A stretch of 64,000 nucleotides of DNA from contig ONIZ01000001.1 of assembly GCA_900317975.1 (NCBI GenBank), forward strand, positions 135,479-199,478, given 5' to 3'. This DNA is from an uncultured Bacillota bacterium. GTDB taxonomy: Bacteria > Bacillota_I > Bacilli_A > RF39 > UBA660. This document shows, in pieces, positions 9,380 through 17,765 of the stretch. The notes below the pieces were generated by a model. That model did no database searches, was not told the DNA's origin, and worked only from the letters and a program-made list of their open reading frames with translations. Numbering within the stretch: the stretch's first letter is position 1; each line of letters starts with the position of its first letter. The position numbers were made by a program, and so were the translations under genes.

Positions 9380-9413
9380 GACATAAATAAAACATAATAA
9401 TTAGATAATATAT

Positions 9414-11075
9414 ATGAAAGTTTTTATTACAACATCTGGAATTGGATCAAGACTATTAGAGCTTACAAAATATACTAATAAGTCAATGATCAAAATAGGC
9501 AAGAAACCTGTTATATCTTATATTATTGATGAATATCCTGAAGATACAGAGTTTGTCATTTCTCTTGGATATTTTGGTGATCACATCAAACAATATCTTG
9601 AGTTAGCATATCCTGACAAGAAGATTACATTTGTAAATGTTGATAACTATGCTGGTCCAGGATCATCTCAAGTCTATTCACAATTACAAGCTGAACAATA
9701 TCTTCAAGAGCCATTTATCTATCATGATTGTGATACTATTGTTCAGAACCTTCAAGAGCAGATACCAATGGATTTCAAATATAATTTCTTAGTAGGTTAT
9801 GAGACAAATTCAGAGTTATATGATGCTTTTGATTATGATGTGAATACTAAGACAAATGACAAGTATGACTCATATAAGCTTATAAAGACATATATGAAGC
9901 CTGATTCATTAGTAGGTATGCTTTCATTCATTGGTATTTGTGGTATATATGACTATAAGACATTCTGGAAATATATGCATAAAGCTTATGAGAATGAGAC
10001 AGTTCCCTATGACTTCTTGGTCTATCACAAATATGGAATGTTCAAAAACAGTCTTAGAGCAATAAAAGTTGATAACTGGACAGATACTGGAAATATTGCT
10101 GGTGTAAAGAATGCAAGAAAGATGTTCAAGGATCAGTTCTCAATATTAGACAAGAATGATCAGGCTATCTTCATCATAAAAGACAAGGTAATCAAGTTCT
10201 TTGCTAAAGATGGAGTAGTAGACAATCTCCTTGTTCATTATAATGCTATAAAAGAATTCTGTCAGCCAATAACTCAGAAGACAAAGAACTTTATGTGCTA
10301 TGACTATATTGATGCAGAGAATGCTATAGACAAAATGAATCCTGTAAGATTTGAGTCATTTATGAACACACTTAAGGATTCAGGTTTCTGGGACAACAAG
10401 GAATGGATTGACAAAGAATTGTTCTTTACATGTATGCATAATTTCTATCTTAACAAGAACATACAACGTGTCAATCAGTTCAAGGAATTCTATCAGGTTA
10501 CAGAAGACAAAGACATCTATGTGAATGACATTCTTATTCCAAAAGAATGGACTATTGAAAGGATGCTTAATGAGATGACAAAACTTGATGAATGGAAGAA
10601 TAGTGTACCTTCTGGATGGCATGGTGATTTTGTATTAGACAATATATTATATGATAGTAAGAATGAAAAATATATATTGTTAGACTGGAGACCTAACTTT
10701 GGGGAAATCATAGAATACGGAGATAAAAACTATGACTTTGGAAAGATGAATCATAACATCACATTCAATTTCAATAGTGCTTATAATGATTTGTTCTCCA
10801 TTGATGAATCCGATCCAGATAATATCTATATTAATATATTATGCAACAATTATGTCTATGAATGCAAAGAGGTATTAAGAAAATTTGTAGAAGAAAACTA
10901 TAATGTAAGATTCCCTTATATTGAAATGATTACTGGAGCATGTTGGGTAAGTATGTCACCATTGTATTTCCTCAATCCAGTATCAAAGTTCTTGTTCTAT
11001 ATGGGTAAACTTACTCTTTATGTAAACTTAATGAAATTACTTGGAAATAAGATAACAACAAAATTTGACAAATAA
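9414..11075 (+). CDS. bifunctional sugar-phosphate nucleotidyltransferase (N-terminal) and APH/choline-kinase-fold kinase (C-terminal)
   Basis: N-terminus MKVFITTSGIGSRLLELTKYTNKSMIKIGKKPVISYII matches the GxGxRL ... K signature. C-terminus WHGDFVLDNILYD ... YILLDWRPNFG matches the HGDxxxxN plus D kinase motifs. Confidence 0.65.
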   Translation: MKVFITTSGIGSRLLELTKYTNKSMIKIGKKPVISYIIDEYPEDTEFVISLGYFGDHIKQYLELAYPDKKITFVNVDNYAGPGSSQVYSQLQAEQYLQEPFIYHDCDTIVQNLQEQIPMDFKYNFLVGYETNSELYDAFDYDVNTKTNDKYDSYKLIKTYMKPDSLVGMLSFIGICGIYDYKTFWKYMHKAYENETVPYDFLVYHKYGMFKNSLRAIKVDNWTDTGNIAGVKNARKMFKDQFSILDKNDQAIFIIKDKVIKFFAKDGVVDNLLVHYNAIKEFCQPITQKTKNFMCYDYIDAENAIDKMNPVRFESFMNTLKDSGFWDNKEWIDKELFFTCMHNFYLNKNIQRVNQFKEFYQVTEDKDIYVNDILIPKEWTIERMLNEMTKLDEWKNSVPSGWHGDFVLDNILYDSKNEKYILLDWRPNFGEIIEYGDKNYDFGKMNHNITFNFNSAYNDLFSIDESDPDNIYINILCNNYVYECKEVLRKFVEENYNVRFPYIEMITGACWVSMSPLYFLNPVSKFLFYMGKLTLYVNLMKLLGNKITTKFDK

Positions 11076-11078
11076 GAT

Positions 11079-11993
11079 ATGAAGATAGCCGGAATTACAG
11101 TTGCTTACAATGAAGGTAATATGGTGAAATATGTAATGCCATATTATGAGAAAATGGGTATTGATAAATTGATAGTCTATGACAATATGTCTACTGATGA
11201 CATGTGTGAAAAACTTTCTAAATATCCATTTGTGGAGATTCGTCATTTTGATACTAATGGGAAGTTTGATGACAGAAAGAATTCTGATCTCAAGGAAGAA
11301 GTGTCTTATGAATTACTTCAAGAAGGATATGATTGGGTATATACTGGAGACTTTGATGAAATAGTCTATTGTGAAGGTGATTTCAAGAAGGAACTTGAGA
11401 AAATTGAGGAATTAGGTGGAACAGTACTTTGTAGAGACATGATCCAGCCATTCAATCCATTGCCTTATGACTTTGATGAGACAAAACTTATTCATGAACA
11501 ATGTACTCATTTCCTTACATGGCATGACTGGTCAAGTACATGGGGTGGATCAAAGGTATTGTTGAGAAGTAAGAAAGTACCGAAGATAAAGTTGTCATTA
11601 GGTGCCCATGGAACAGGATTTCCAAAGAAGGGTATTGAGACAGATCCAGTATTGTTTGGCTATCCTTTCATCACATTCCATCTCAAATATGTTGACTTTA
11701 CTGCATTAGAGCATAATTCTCACGAAAAGCATGCAAGAATACAATGGAGATTAGATGTCCCAACATGTACAGCAGTAGATGCATCATTTACAAAACGTCT
11801 TTATTCTCGTACAATGGGTGATGCTGGTATAAAGAATACTATAGATAAATTAATGAAGAAGACAAGTAAACTTAATATTGCTCCTGGTTGGGAATCATTC
11901 AAGGAATACTATGATAAAAACTATAAGATGAATATGACTAAATTTAAAAATATTAAACACGTAAAAAGATTAGATTATGAACAGAACAGCTGA
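11079..11993 (+). CDS. GT-A fold glycosyltransferase (GT2-like)
   Basis: ITVAYNEGNMV ... LIVYDNMSTDD ... GDFDEIV (DxD-like). Confidence 0.5.
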   Translation: MKIAGITVAYNEGNMVKYVMPYYEKMGIDKLIVYDNMSTDDMCEKLSKYPFVEIRHFDTNGKFDDRKNSDLKEEVSYELLQEGYDWVYTGDFDEIVYCEGDFKKELEKIEELGGTVLCRDMIQPFNPLPYDFDETKLIHEQCTHFLTWHDWSSTWGGSKVLLRSKKVPKIKLSLGAHGTGFPKKGIETDPVLFGYPFITFHLKYVDFTALEHNSHEKHARIQWRLDVPTCTAVDASFTKRLYSRTMGDAGIKNTIDKLMKKTSKLNIAPGWESFKEYYDKNYKMNMTKFKNIKHVKRLDYEQNS

Positions 11994-13323
11994 AAAGAAC
12001 ATTTTGATCGGAAAAATTGGAAAATCAATTAAATTCAAGAACTTAGACATTAGAACGGGTGGTGATGCATGCATGATATTCTATTCATCAATTGCAAGAA
12101 TGAATCCTGAATATAACTTCTATTGGATTGGCCCAAACCAGATGAACAAGCTTAGTCAGGAGGAGTATGACTATATATTCCCTAACCATAACGTATTCTC
12201 TGCTTATGGATCAGATTATGACAACCCTAATGCACATCCATTCCAGCCAATATTGGATTATTTCAAAAATAATGACATAAAGATTGACTTCGCTTTGCTT
12301 ATGTCTGGAATGTGCTCAGGTCTCAATGTACCGAATTTCATGAAGAGTAAGAAGACTGGTGAATATGCTAAGATCTTGAATGCATTCAAAAACTATGTTG
12401 GTCCCTATATCTGGACACTTAATGAAACAAATGTGCCTTTCTATCTTATTTCAGAGGATGCAAGATATATTACAACAAATGCTACTGATCTCTGTAACAG
12501 GGAAAGACTTATCTTTACACAAACAAATGGTTATTTCAATCCTATTCCCCATATCACATCATTGACAGACTTCACATTGAAAGAAGATAGCTCAATCAAA
12601 TGTATCTATGGATATGTTGAGAGAATATTTATGATGGGTCTTAGTCATGACTGGAAAGAGAAGATTGATATTGACAGGAAACTTCATTCTACTGGAAACA
12701 GACTTATTGTTATCTCAAATGGATGTGGTCAGAAAGATATCAATAGAGCAAATGGCGGAAAGGGTTCAAGACTTCCTGAATACAAGAAATATATCATTGA
12801 CAATCTTAAGAATACCGAATATTCTGGTACAAAGATCTATGGACAGTGGGATGACAAGACATATGCTAAATATCCTGATACTGTCATTGACAAGCCACTT
12901 GTAGAACTTGAAGATGAAGTAGCAGATGCTCGTTATTCATTAGTATATTCTATCATGCCTGGGTTTGTTACTGTAAAAGCTTGGGAAATGATCATCAAGG
13001 GTCTTATCCCATTTATCCATCCCGATTATGACAAAGACAGACTTCTTGGACTTCCTGAATATTGTTATCTTAAGGATGAGAAAGACTTGTTGATAAAGAT
13101 GAGAGAACTTGATGCTCATGATGAATTATATCTACGCTTATTGAATAATTGCTTTAATTGCATATCAGAAGATGATCTCAATGGTAAGCGAATGAACAAT
13201 TTCATATTCAACAAGATTGCAGAAGATCTGGGATTTGAGTATAAAGAGAAAGAAGGATGTGAATCTATTTTTGATCATTTCTCAAAGACTGTATTTGATC
13301 CTTCAAAAGTTATAAATAAATAG
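11977..13323 (+). CDS. possible DNA beta-glucosyltransferase-like protein (T4 BGT-like, tentative)
   Basis: PFYLISEDARYIT resembles T4 BGT IYYLFTDIRLPF, which holds the catalytic Asp. VTVKAWEMIIKGLIPFIHPDYD resembles ITLRVWETMASDAVMLIDEEFD. Both comparisons are from memory. Overlaps the upstream GT by 17 nt. Confidence 0.4.
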   Translation: MNRTAEKNILIGKIGKSIKFKNLDIRTGGDACMIFYSSIARMNPEYNFYWIGPNQMNKLSQEEYDYIFPNHNVFSAYGSDYDNPNAHPFQPILDYFKNNDIKIDFALLMSGMCSGLNVPNFMKSKKTGEYAKILNAFKNYVGPYIWTLNETNVPFYLISEDARYITTNATDLCNRERLIFTQTNGYFNPIPHITSLTDFTLKEDSSIKCIYGYVERIFMMGLSHDWKEKIDIDRKLHSTGNRLIVISNGCGQKDINRANGGKGSRLPEYKKYIIDNLKNTEYSGTKIYGQWDDKTYAKYPDTVIDKPLVELEDEVADARYSLVYSIMPGFVTVKAWEMIIKGLIPFIHPDYDKDRLLGLPEYCYLKDEKDLLIKMRELDAHDELYLRLLNNCFNCISEDDLNGKRMNNFIFNKIAEDLGFEYKEKEGCESIFDHFSKTVFDPSKVINK

Positions 13324-13332
13324 ACAATATAT

Positions 13333-13824
13333 ATGAACAAGATAATTGTAATTAGCGATATTGATGGTTGCTTGACAGATGGAGGACTTTATTATACTGC
13401 TGATGGCAAAGTAATGAAGAAGTTTGGAGTTGGTGATCATGAAGGAGTAAAGCTTTTACGAAAGAACAATATAGATATCCTGTTTATCACTGCCGATAAG
13501 ACAGGATATCCTATTGTCAAACGTAGAATAGATGATATGAAATGTGATCTTGTTGTTGTAAATGAAATAGAACGATTAGACTTCATTAAAGAATATGTGA
13601 AAGAATATGAACAAGTGGTATTCTTTGGAGATGGTCTTGGGGATGCTAATGTGAAGAGCAAAATCCCAGAAATATATTTCATAACTCCAAGAAACGCCAG
13701 AAATGAAGCTAAATATGTTTCTGACTATATCACCGAAAACAAAGGTAGTGAAGGAGCTTTCTTAGATCTTGCTATACATGTTTCTTGGAAAACAAATACA
13801 TATTATAATAAACTATATGAATAG
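13333..13824 (+). CDS. KdsC-family HAD phosphatase (KDO-8-P / KDN-9-P phosphatase type)
   Basis: VISDIDGCLTDGGLYYTADGKVMKKFGVGDHEGVKLL ... FFGDGLGD is typical of the HAD-IIIA KdsC pattern. Confidence 0.75.
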   Translation: MNKIIVISDIDGCLTDGGLYYTADGKVMKKFGVGDHEGVKLLRKNNIDILFITADKTGYPIVKRRIDDMKCDLVVVNEIERLDFIKEYVKEYEQVVFFGDGLGDANVKSKIPEIYFITPRNARNEAKYVSDYITENKGSEGAFLDLAIHVSWKTNTYYNKLYE

Positions 13825-15109
13825 ACAAATAAGATGGGCAGCAATACAACCGCTTACTGGAGGTATGTATCTTGGGGCTGAAGAAGCTATAGGAAATAAA
13901 GCCGAATGGATCATGTCATTCAAAGGATTAGATACTGTCAAATATTCAAAGACTGATCCAACACAAATGACATCTGTTGGCAATGAATATAACCTATTGA
14001 AATATCTAGAAAAGAAAGGGAGATCTGTACCCTATTATGTCATTAATAGTCCAATGTTTGATATTGACATAAACAGTACAAATGTTGACATTACTTTAGA
14101 TGGTGACAAGGCAACTCCTGATTATAATGATATTGACATAATTGTTGGTGTTCCTGTTTGTTCAGGTCTTTCAATGGTCACAAGTGGTAGTGAAGAGACA
14201 AAGAAGCAGAGAAACTGCAATATGCAATGGATGGCTAATTATACATTACAAGTAATAAGGCCAAAGGTATATATATTTGAGAATGCTCCAACATTGATGA
14301 CAGAACGTGGTGAGTATCTAAGAGAATGGTTTAATGAATTAGCATCTTTGAATGGTTATTCTATTCTCTATTATAAGACAGATACTATTCTTCATAACAA
14401 TCCGCAAAAACGTCCTCGTACATTTGTCATTTTTGTAAAGCATAACAAGTATGAGGCACAACAAGATCCACCATTGTTTGATTGGGAAAAGAAACCTATA
14501 TCATTAGAAGATTTTTTGAACAATATACCAGAAGGACTTGAGCAAGATGTTCCTGTATCAACAAGCCCAAATAACTTCTATTTGAAAGACTTTATGAATG
14601 AAGAATATAATAATGACTGGAAGAAACTTATCAATGGATCCGTCATGAACTTCATCATCAAAGAAAAGAAATTAGACAAGTTGATTAAGCATACTGAAAA
14701 TAATGACAAATATGGAGATGAGAACAAGGAGAAGACATTGAAATATTTCAATCATATTAAGAAGAAGAAAGAAATGGGATTGAATTTCTATGGTAATGAT
14801 CTTGTATATTTCAAAGACAAACTTCCTTCTGTTCAATTTAGAGCAATCCCTAATATGGTACATATAACAAAGGACAGAATATATACTATAAGAGAATATC
14901 TTACATTTATGGGAATGCCTTATGACTTTATCTTATATGGAGACAAGTCTAATCTTCCAAAGATCGCTCAGAATGTTCCAGTAGGTACAGCAAAATTCAT
15001 AGTTGAACAAGCAGTAAAGATCATTGAGAACTGGGGACAAGAAAGAACAACAAATCATAATGCGTTATATCAAAACAATATAGAACAAAAGACAAGAAAC
15101 GGGGATTAA
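13817..15109 (+). CDS. DNA (cytosine-5)-methyltransferase-fold enzyme
   Basis: Motifs in order: PLTGGMYLG (I), GVPVCSGLS (IV), IFENAPTL (VI), QKRPRTFVIF (VIII), REYLTFMGMPYDF (IX), AQNVPVGTAKFI (X). I use the ATG at 13817, which overlaps the upstream stop as ATGAATAG. The track start at 13769 is a TTG. Confidence 0.75.
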   Translation: MNRQIRWAAIQPLTGGMYLGAEEAIGNKAEWIMSFKGLDTVKYSKTDPTQMTSVGNEYNLLKYLEKKGRSVPYYVINSPMFDIDINSTNVDITLDGDKATPDYNDIDIIVGVPVCSGLSMVTSGSEETKKQRNCNMQWMANYTLQVIRPKVYIFENAPTLMTERGEYLREWFNELASLNGYSILYYKTDTILHNNPQKRPRTFVIFVKHNKYEAQQDPPLFDWEKKPISLEDFLNNIPEGLEQDVPVSTSPNNFYLKDFMNEEYNNDWKKLINGSVMNFIIKEKKLDKLIKHTENNDKYGDENKEKTLKYFNHIKKKKEMGLNFYGNDLVYFKDKLPSVQFRAIPNMVHITKDRIYTIREYLTFMGMPYDFILYGDKSNLPKIAQNVPVGTAKFIVEQAVKIIENWGQERTTNHNALYQNNIEQKTRNGD

Positions 15110-15126
15110 TTTCCCTGTTTTTTTTT
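15097..15126 (+). terminator. rho-independent terminator
   Basis: aaacgggga (15097..15105) pairs with tccctgttt (15112..15120), including one G-U pair. The stem runs into a run of about nine T. Confidence 0.6.
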
Positions 15127-15152
15127 GTAAAATAATTGTGAATTTTTTCCGT

Positions 15153-15177
15153 AATGAACTATATTATATATGTAAAA
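15153..15177 (+). promoter_or_regulatory. motif B, copy 6
   Basis: aatgaACTATattatatatgtaaaa, about 30 nt upstream of the small ORF at 15198. Confidence 0.45.
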
Positions 15178-15197
15178 AATATTAAATATATATTATT

Positions 15198-15374
15198 ATG
15201 GAAAAAATTATCAATATTCTGATTTCAAGAGACAACATGGAATATGAAGATGCCAGAGCTCTTGTTATTGAGACTAGGGATGAGATCATTTCAAATCCTG
15301 ATTTAGCTGATGAGATCATTATGGACTATCTTGGTCTGGAACCTGATTATCTTGAAGATCTATTGTTTTCTTAA
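15198..15374 (+). CDS. small acidic hypothetical protein (58 aa), below the ORF-track size cutoff
   Basis: ATG at 15198 and TAA at 15372..15374. Translation is MEKIINILISRDNMEYEDARALVIETRDEIISNPDLADEIIMDYLGLEPDYLEDLLFS. It fills the gap between motif B and the lysozyme gene. Confidence 0.35.
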   Translation: MEKIINILISRDNMEYEDARALVIETRDEIISNPDLADEIIMDYLGLEPDYLEDLLFS

Positions 15375-15387
15375 ATATATATAAGAT

Positions 15388-16077
15388 ATGAAGGCAGAAA
15401 ATAAGATTATTGCTTTGTTTTTCTATGGTGCTATGGCTTACCAATTGTTCTATGTCAACAATACAGTAGCAGAAAACAAAACTAATGTTATTACAAGAGA
15501 CCAGGTGTTCAATGAATTAACAATGTTCAATGATGATGAACAACCAAAGAACATTGAACAAGTATCTTCTAAGAAAATTGTAAAGCATCATCCAAGAAAG
15601 AGATACAAGTTATCAAAGAAGGGAAAGAACTTCATTAAGAAACATGAGACTTGTGTACTTCATGCTTATAATGATCCAGACCCAAAACGTCGTTCAGTAG
15701 GTTGGGGACATCAGATTCAGCCAGGTGAGAACCTTGAACATATCACTAAAGCTAAAGCTGATGAGTTGTTTGAAAAAGATGTTGAATGGGTAAATGATGC
15801 AATCAACAGGCTTATTGCTCAACAAGACAACAGGTTTACTTATTCACAAGGATTTATTGATGGTCTTGGTAGTCTTATCTACAACTGTGGAGAACGTGGA
15901 GTTACTTTGACAGAGTTCTGGGCAAGATGGAAGAAATGCCGTTATGATGCCAGCTCACCAGAATATATCAATAGGAATGACTGGAACTATACTATTGCAG
16001 CAGTAAAGACAAGCAGGATCTCAGCTCCCGGTCATGTAGAAAGAAGATATAATGAGCATATGCTAATGTTAGACTAA
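15388..16077 (+). CDS. GH24 (T4-type) lysozyme with an N-terminal membrane anchor (SAR or signal-anchored endolysin)
   Basis: KKHETCVLHAYNDPDPKRRSVGWGH has the E-8aa-D-(S/T) catalytic spacing of T4 lysozyme. The N-terminus has the hydrophobic segment IIALFFYGAMAYQLFYV. Confidence 0.75.
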   Translation: MKAENKIIALFFYGAMAYQLFYVNNTVAENKTNVITRDQVFNELTMFNDDEQPKNIEQVSSKKIVKHHPRKRYKLSKKGKNFIKKHETCVLHAYNDPDPKRRSVGWGHQIQPGENLEHITKAKADELFEKDVEWVNDAINRLIAQQDNRFTYSQGFIDGLGSLIYNCGERGVTLTEFWARWKKCRYDASSPEYINRNDWNYTIAAVKTSRISAPGHVERRYNEHMLMLD

Positions 16078-16131
16078 TAAAATGTTAATATAAGTTAAAA
16101 ACTTTTATCAAATTTTGAATTATTATTAAAT

Positions 16132-16151
16132 AGTTGACTATATTATAAAAG
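16132..16151 (+). promoter_or_regulatory. motif B, copy 7
   Basis: agttgACTATattataaaag, upstream of 16230. Confidence 0.4.
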
Positions 16152-16229
16152 AAATAATAAAATATATAAAGAGATTTTACTTTAAGAATTATTATTTTAC
16201 AAATTTATTTAAACAAAAGACGTAGAAAG

Positions 16230-17282
16230 ATGAAGAAGTTTATTTTAAGTTTGATGCTGATGTTCAGCATGGTAATGGGTGTTTCCGCTCAGACCGCTAT
16301 TGAGACACCCAAGTTTTTTGACAATTGGTATGTTGGTGTAAATGCCGGCGCTACCACTAATTTAGAGTTCAATAAGGTTTTCCCAGTAAATGCAACTGTT
16401 GGTGCAGTACTTGGAAAAGAGTTTACTCCTGTATTTGGTGCACAGATTGAAGGTGTAACATGGCTTGGTGATGCTAATTTTGCTAATTCACATACTGCTT
16501 TCAAAGCAATTGATCTTTGTGTAAATGGAACAGTTAATTTTAGTAACTTGTTCTTTGGATATCTTGGAACACCTCGTAAGTTTGAAGTAAGTGGTGTAGC
16601 TGGTATCGGTTGGCTTCATATCTATGGTGACCACAATCTTGATGGCACTTATGGTCATGAAGACAATGATGAGTTTATAGCAAAGACTGCCGTAAATCTT
16701 GCTTGGAATCTTGGTAAGACAAGATCACATCAGTTATATGTACAGCCAGGTATCTATTGGAACTTGACAAATGGTCCTCGTGATTATGTACATTTCAATA
16801 GTAAGCATGCACAGGTTGGTGTATCTGTTGGTTATGTCTACAAATTCAAGACAAGCAATGGAACACATAATTTCAAGACTTATGATGTAGGCATGATGCA
16901 GGATGAAATTTCAAGATTGAATGATGCTCTTGCAGCTTGTGAGAATCGTCCTCCACGCGAAGTTACAAAGGAAGTTGCCGTAAGGGTTCCTGTACCTGCA
17001 TTTGAGGTAATTGAGTTTGAGCTTGGTTCTTATGAATTGTTAGATGAGGCAAAGGCTAAGCTTGATAAGATTGATGAGCGAATGACTGTAGAAATTACAG
17101 CTACAGCTTCTCCTGATGGAAAAGAACAATTTAATAAAGAGTTGTCAGACAAACGTGCTCAGGCAGTAGCAGACTATCTTAAGGGTAGAGGAGTTACTGT
17201 AAAGAGTGCCGAAGGTCAGGGAGTCAAGTTGAACAGATTAGCTATAGTTACATTTGTTCGTCCTGAAAGACCACGTAGATAA
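16230..17282 (+). CDS. OmpA-family outer membrane protein (signal peptide, beta-barrel and OmpA C-terminal domain)
   Basis: Signal peptide MKKFILSLMLMFSMVMGVSAQ. The N-terminal half is rich in G, Y, W and N, as in beta-barrels. C-terminal TATASPDGKEQFNKELSDKRAQAVADYLKGRGV matches the NxxLSxxRAxxV motif. The gene is visibly richer in G+C than its neighbours. Confidence 0.8.
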   Translation: MKKFILSLMLMFSMVMGVSAQTAIETPKFFDNWYVGVNAGATTNLEFNKVFPVNATVGAVLGKEFTPVFGAQIEGVTWLGDANFANSHTAFKAIDLCVNGTVNFSNLFFGYLGTPRKFEVSGVAGIGWLHIYGDHNLDGTYGHEDNDEFIAKTAVNLAWNLGKTRSHQLYVQPGIYWNLTNGPRDYVHFNSKHAQVGVSVGYVYKFKTSNGTHNFKTYDVGMMQDEISRLNDALAACENRPPREVTKEVAVRVPVPAFEVIEFELGSYELLDEAKAKLDKIDERMTVEITATASPDGKEQFNKELSDKRAQAVADYLKGRGVTVKSAEGQGVKLNRLAIVTFVRPERPRR

Positions 17283-17324
17283 CATCATTTGTTATATATT
17301 TTATATATTTTATTATACACAAAG

Positions 17325-17354
17325 AAAGAGTAGGATAACGTTATCCTACTCTTT
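17325..17354. terminator. bidirectional terminator between convergent genes
   Basis: Perfect 14-bp stem, aaagagtaggataa (17325..17338) with ttatcctactcttt (17341..17354), and a 2-nt loop. Confidence 0.7.
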
Positions 17355-17369
17355 GTTGATTATGTTTGA

Positions 17370-17765
17370 TTATAAATTTTCTTTATTTGTATATGAGAGT
17401 CCTGTTGTCTTGTCTTCAATGATTTTCTTTAATATAAGATATAGTCCGTAAATATAGTCTTTAGTTTGATTAATATCTATATGTATAGTATCATCAATGA
17501 AGTCTATGAATATCTTTAAGTTTCCACCAAATATAGGGTTATTGTCTTTATTCATATTCATATAGTCTTCAATTGATTTCTGGTTAAACCCAGGTGTTTT
17601 CCTGAAATAGTCAACAACATCTATAAATGATTTCTTTTCATCATCTTTCTTATTGAAATATGTATTAAGTTTCCAGAAGAAATTATCATCTATAGATTCT
17701 TCAATTTGTCTATGTCTTATATATTCATTATACTTTTTCATTTTTGTCTTCTTTATTGTCATCAT
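17370..17765 (-). CDS. hypothetical protein; an internal Met at 17741 gives the CTS-like N-terminus MKKYNEYIRH
   Basis: 131-aa ORF. It is the last gene of a three-gene minus-strand operon. Confidence 0.5.
   Translation of the reverse strand: MMTIKKTKMKKYNEYIRHRQIEESIDDNFFWKLNTYFNKKDDEKKSFIDVVDYFRKTPGFNQKSIEDYMNMNKDNNPIFGGNLKIFIDFIDDTIHIDINQTKDYIYGLYLILKKIIEDKTTGLSYTNKENL

Noticed and set aside
13769-13816. TTG-initiated extension of the C5-MTase ORF that overlaps the KdsC-like gene by 56 nt
   Set aside because: The ATG at 13817 gives an ATGAATAG-type overlap and starts just before motif I. The extension adds only hydrophobic filler.
17254-17451. 65-aa plus-strand ORF spanning the OmpA terminator
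   Set aside because: It runs through a perfect bidirectional terminator hairpin and overlaps the 3' end of the convergent minus-strand gene.
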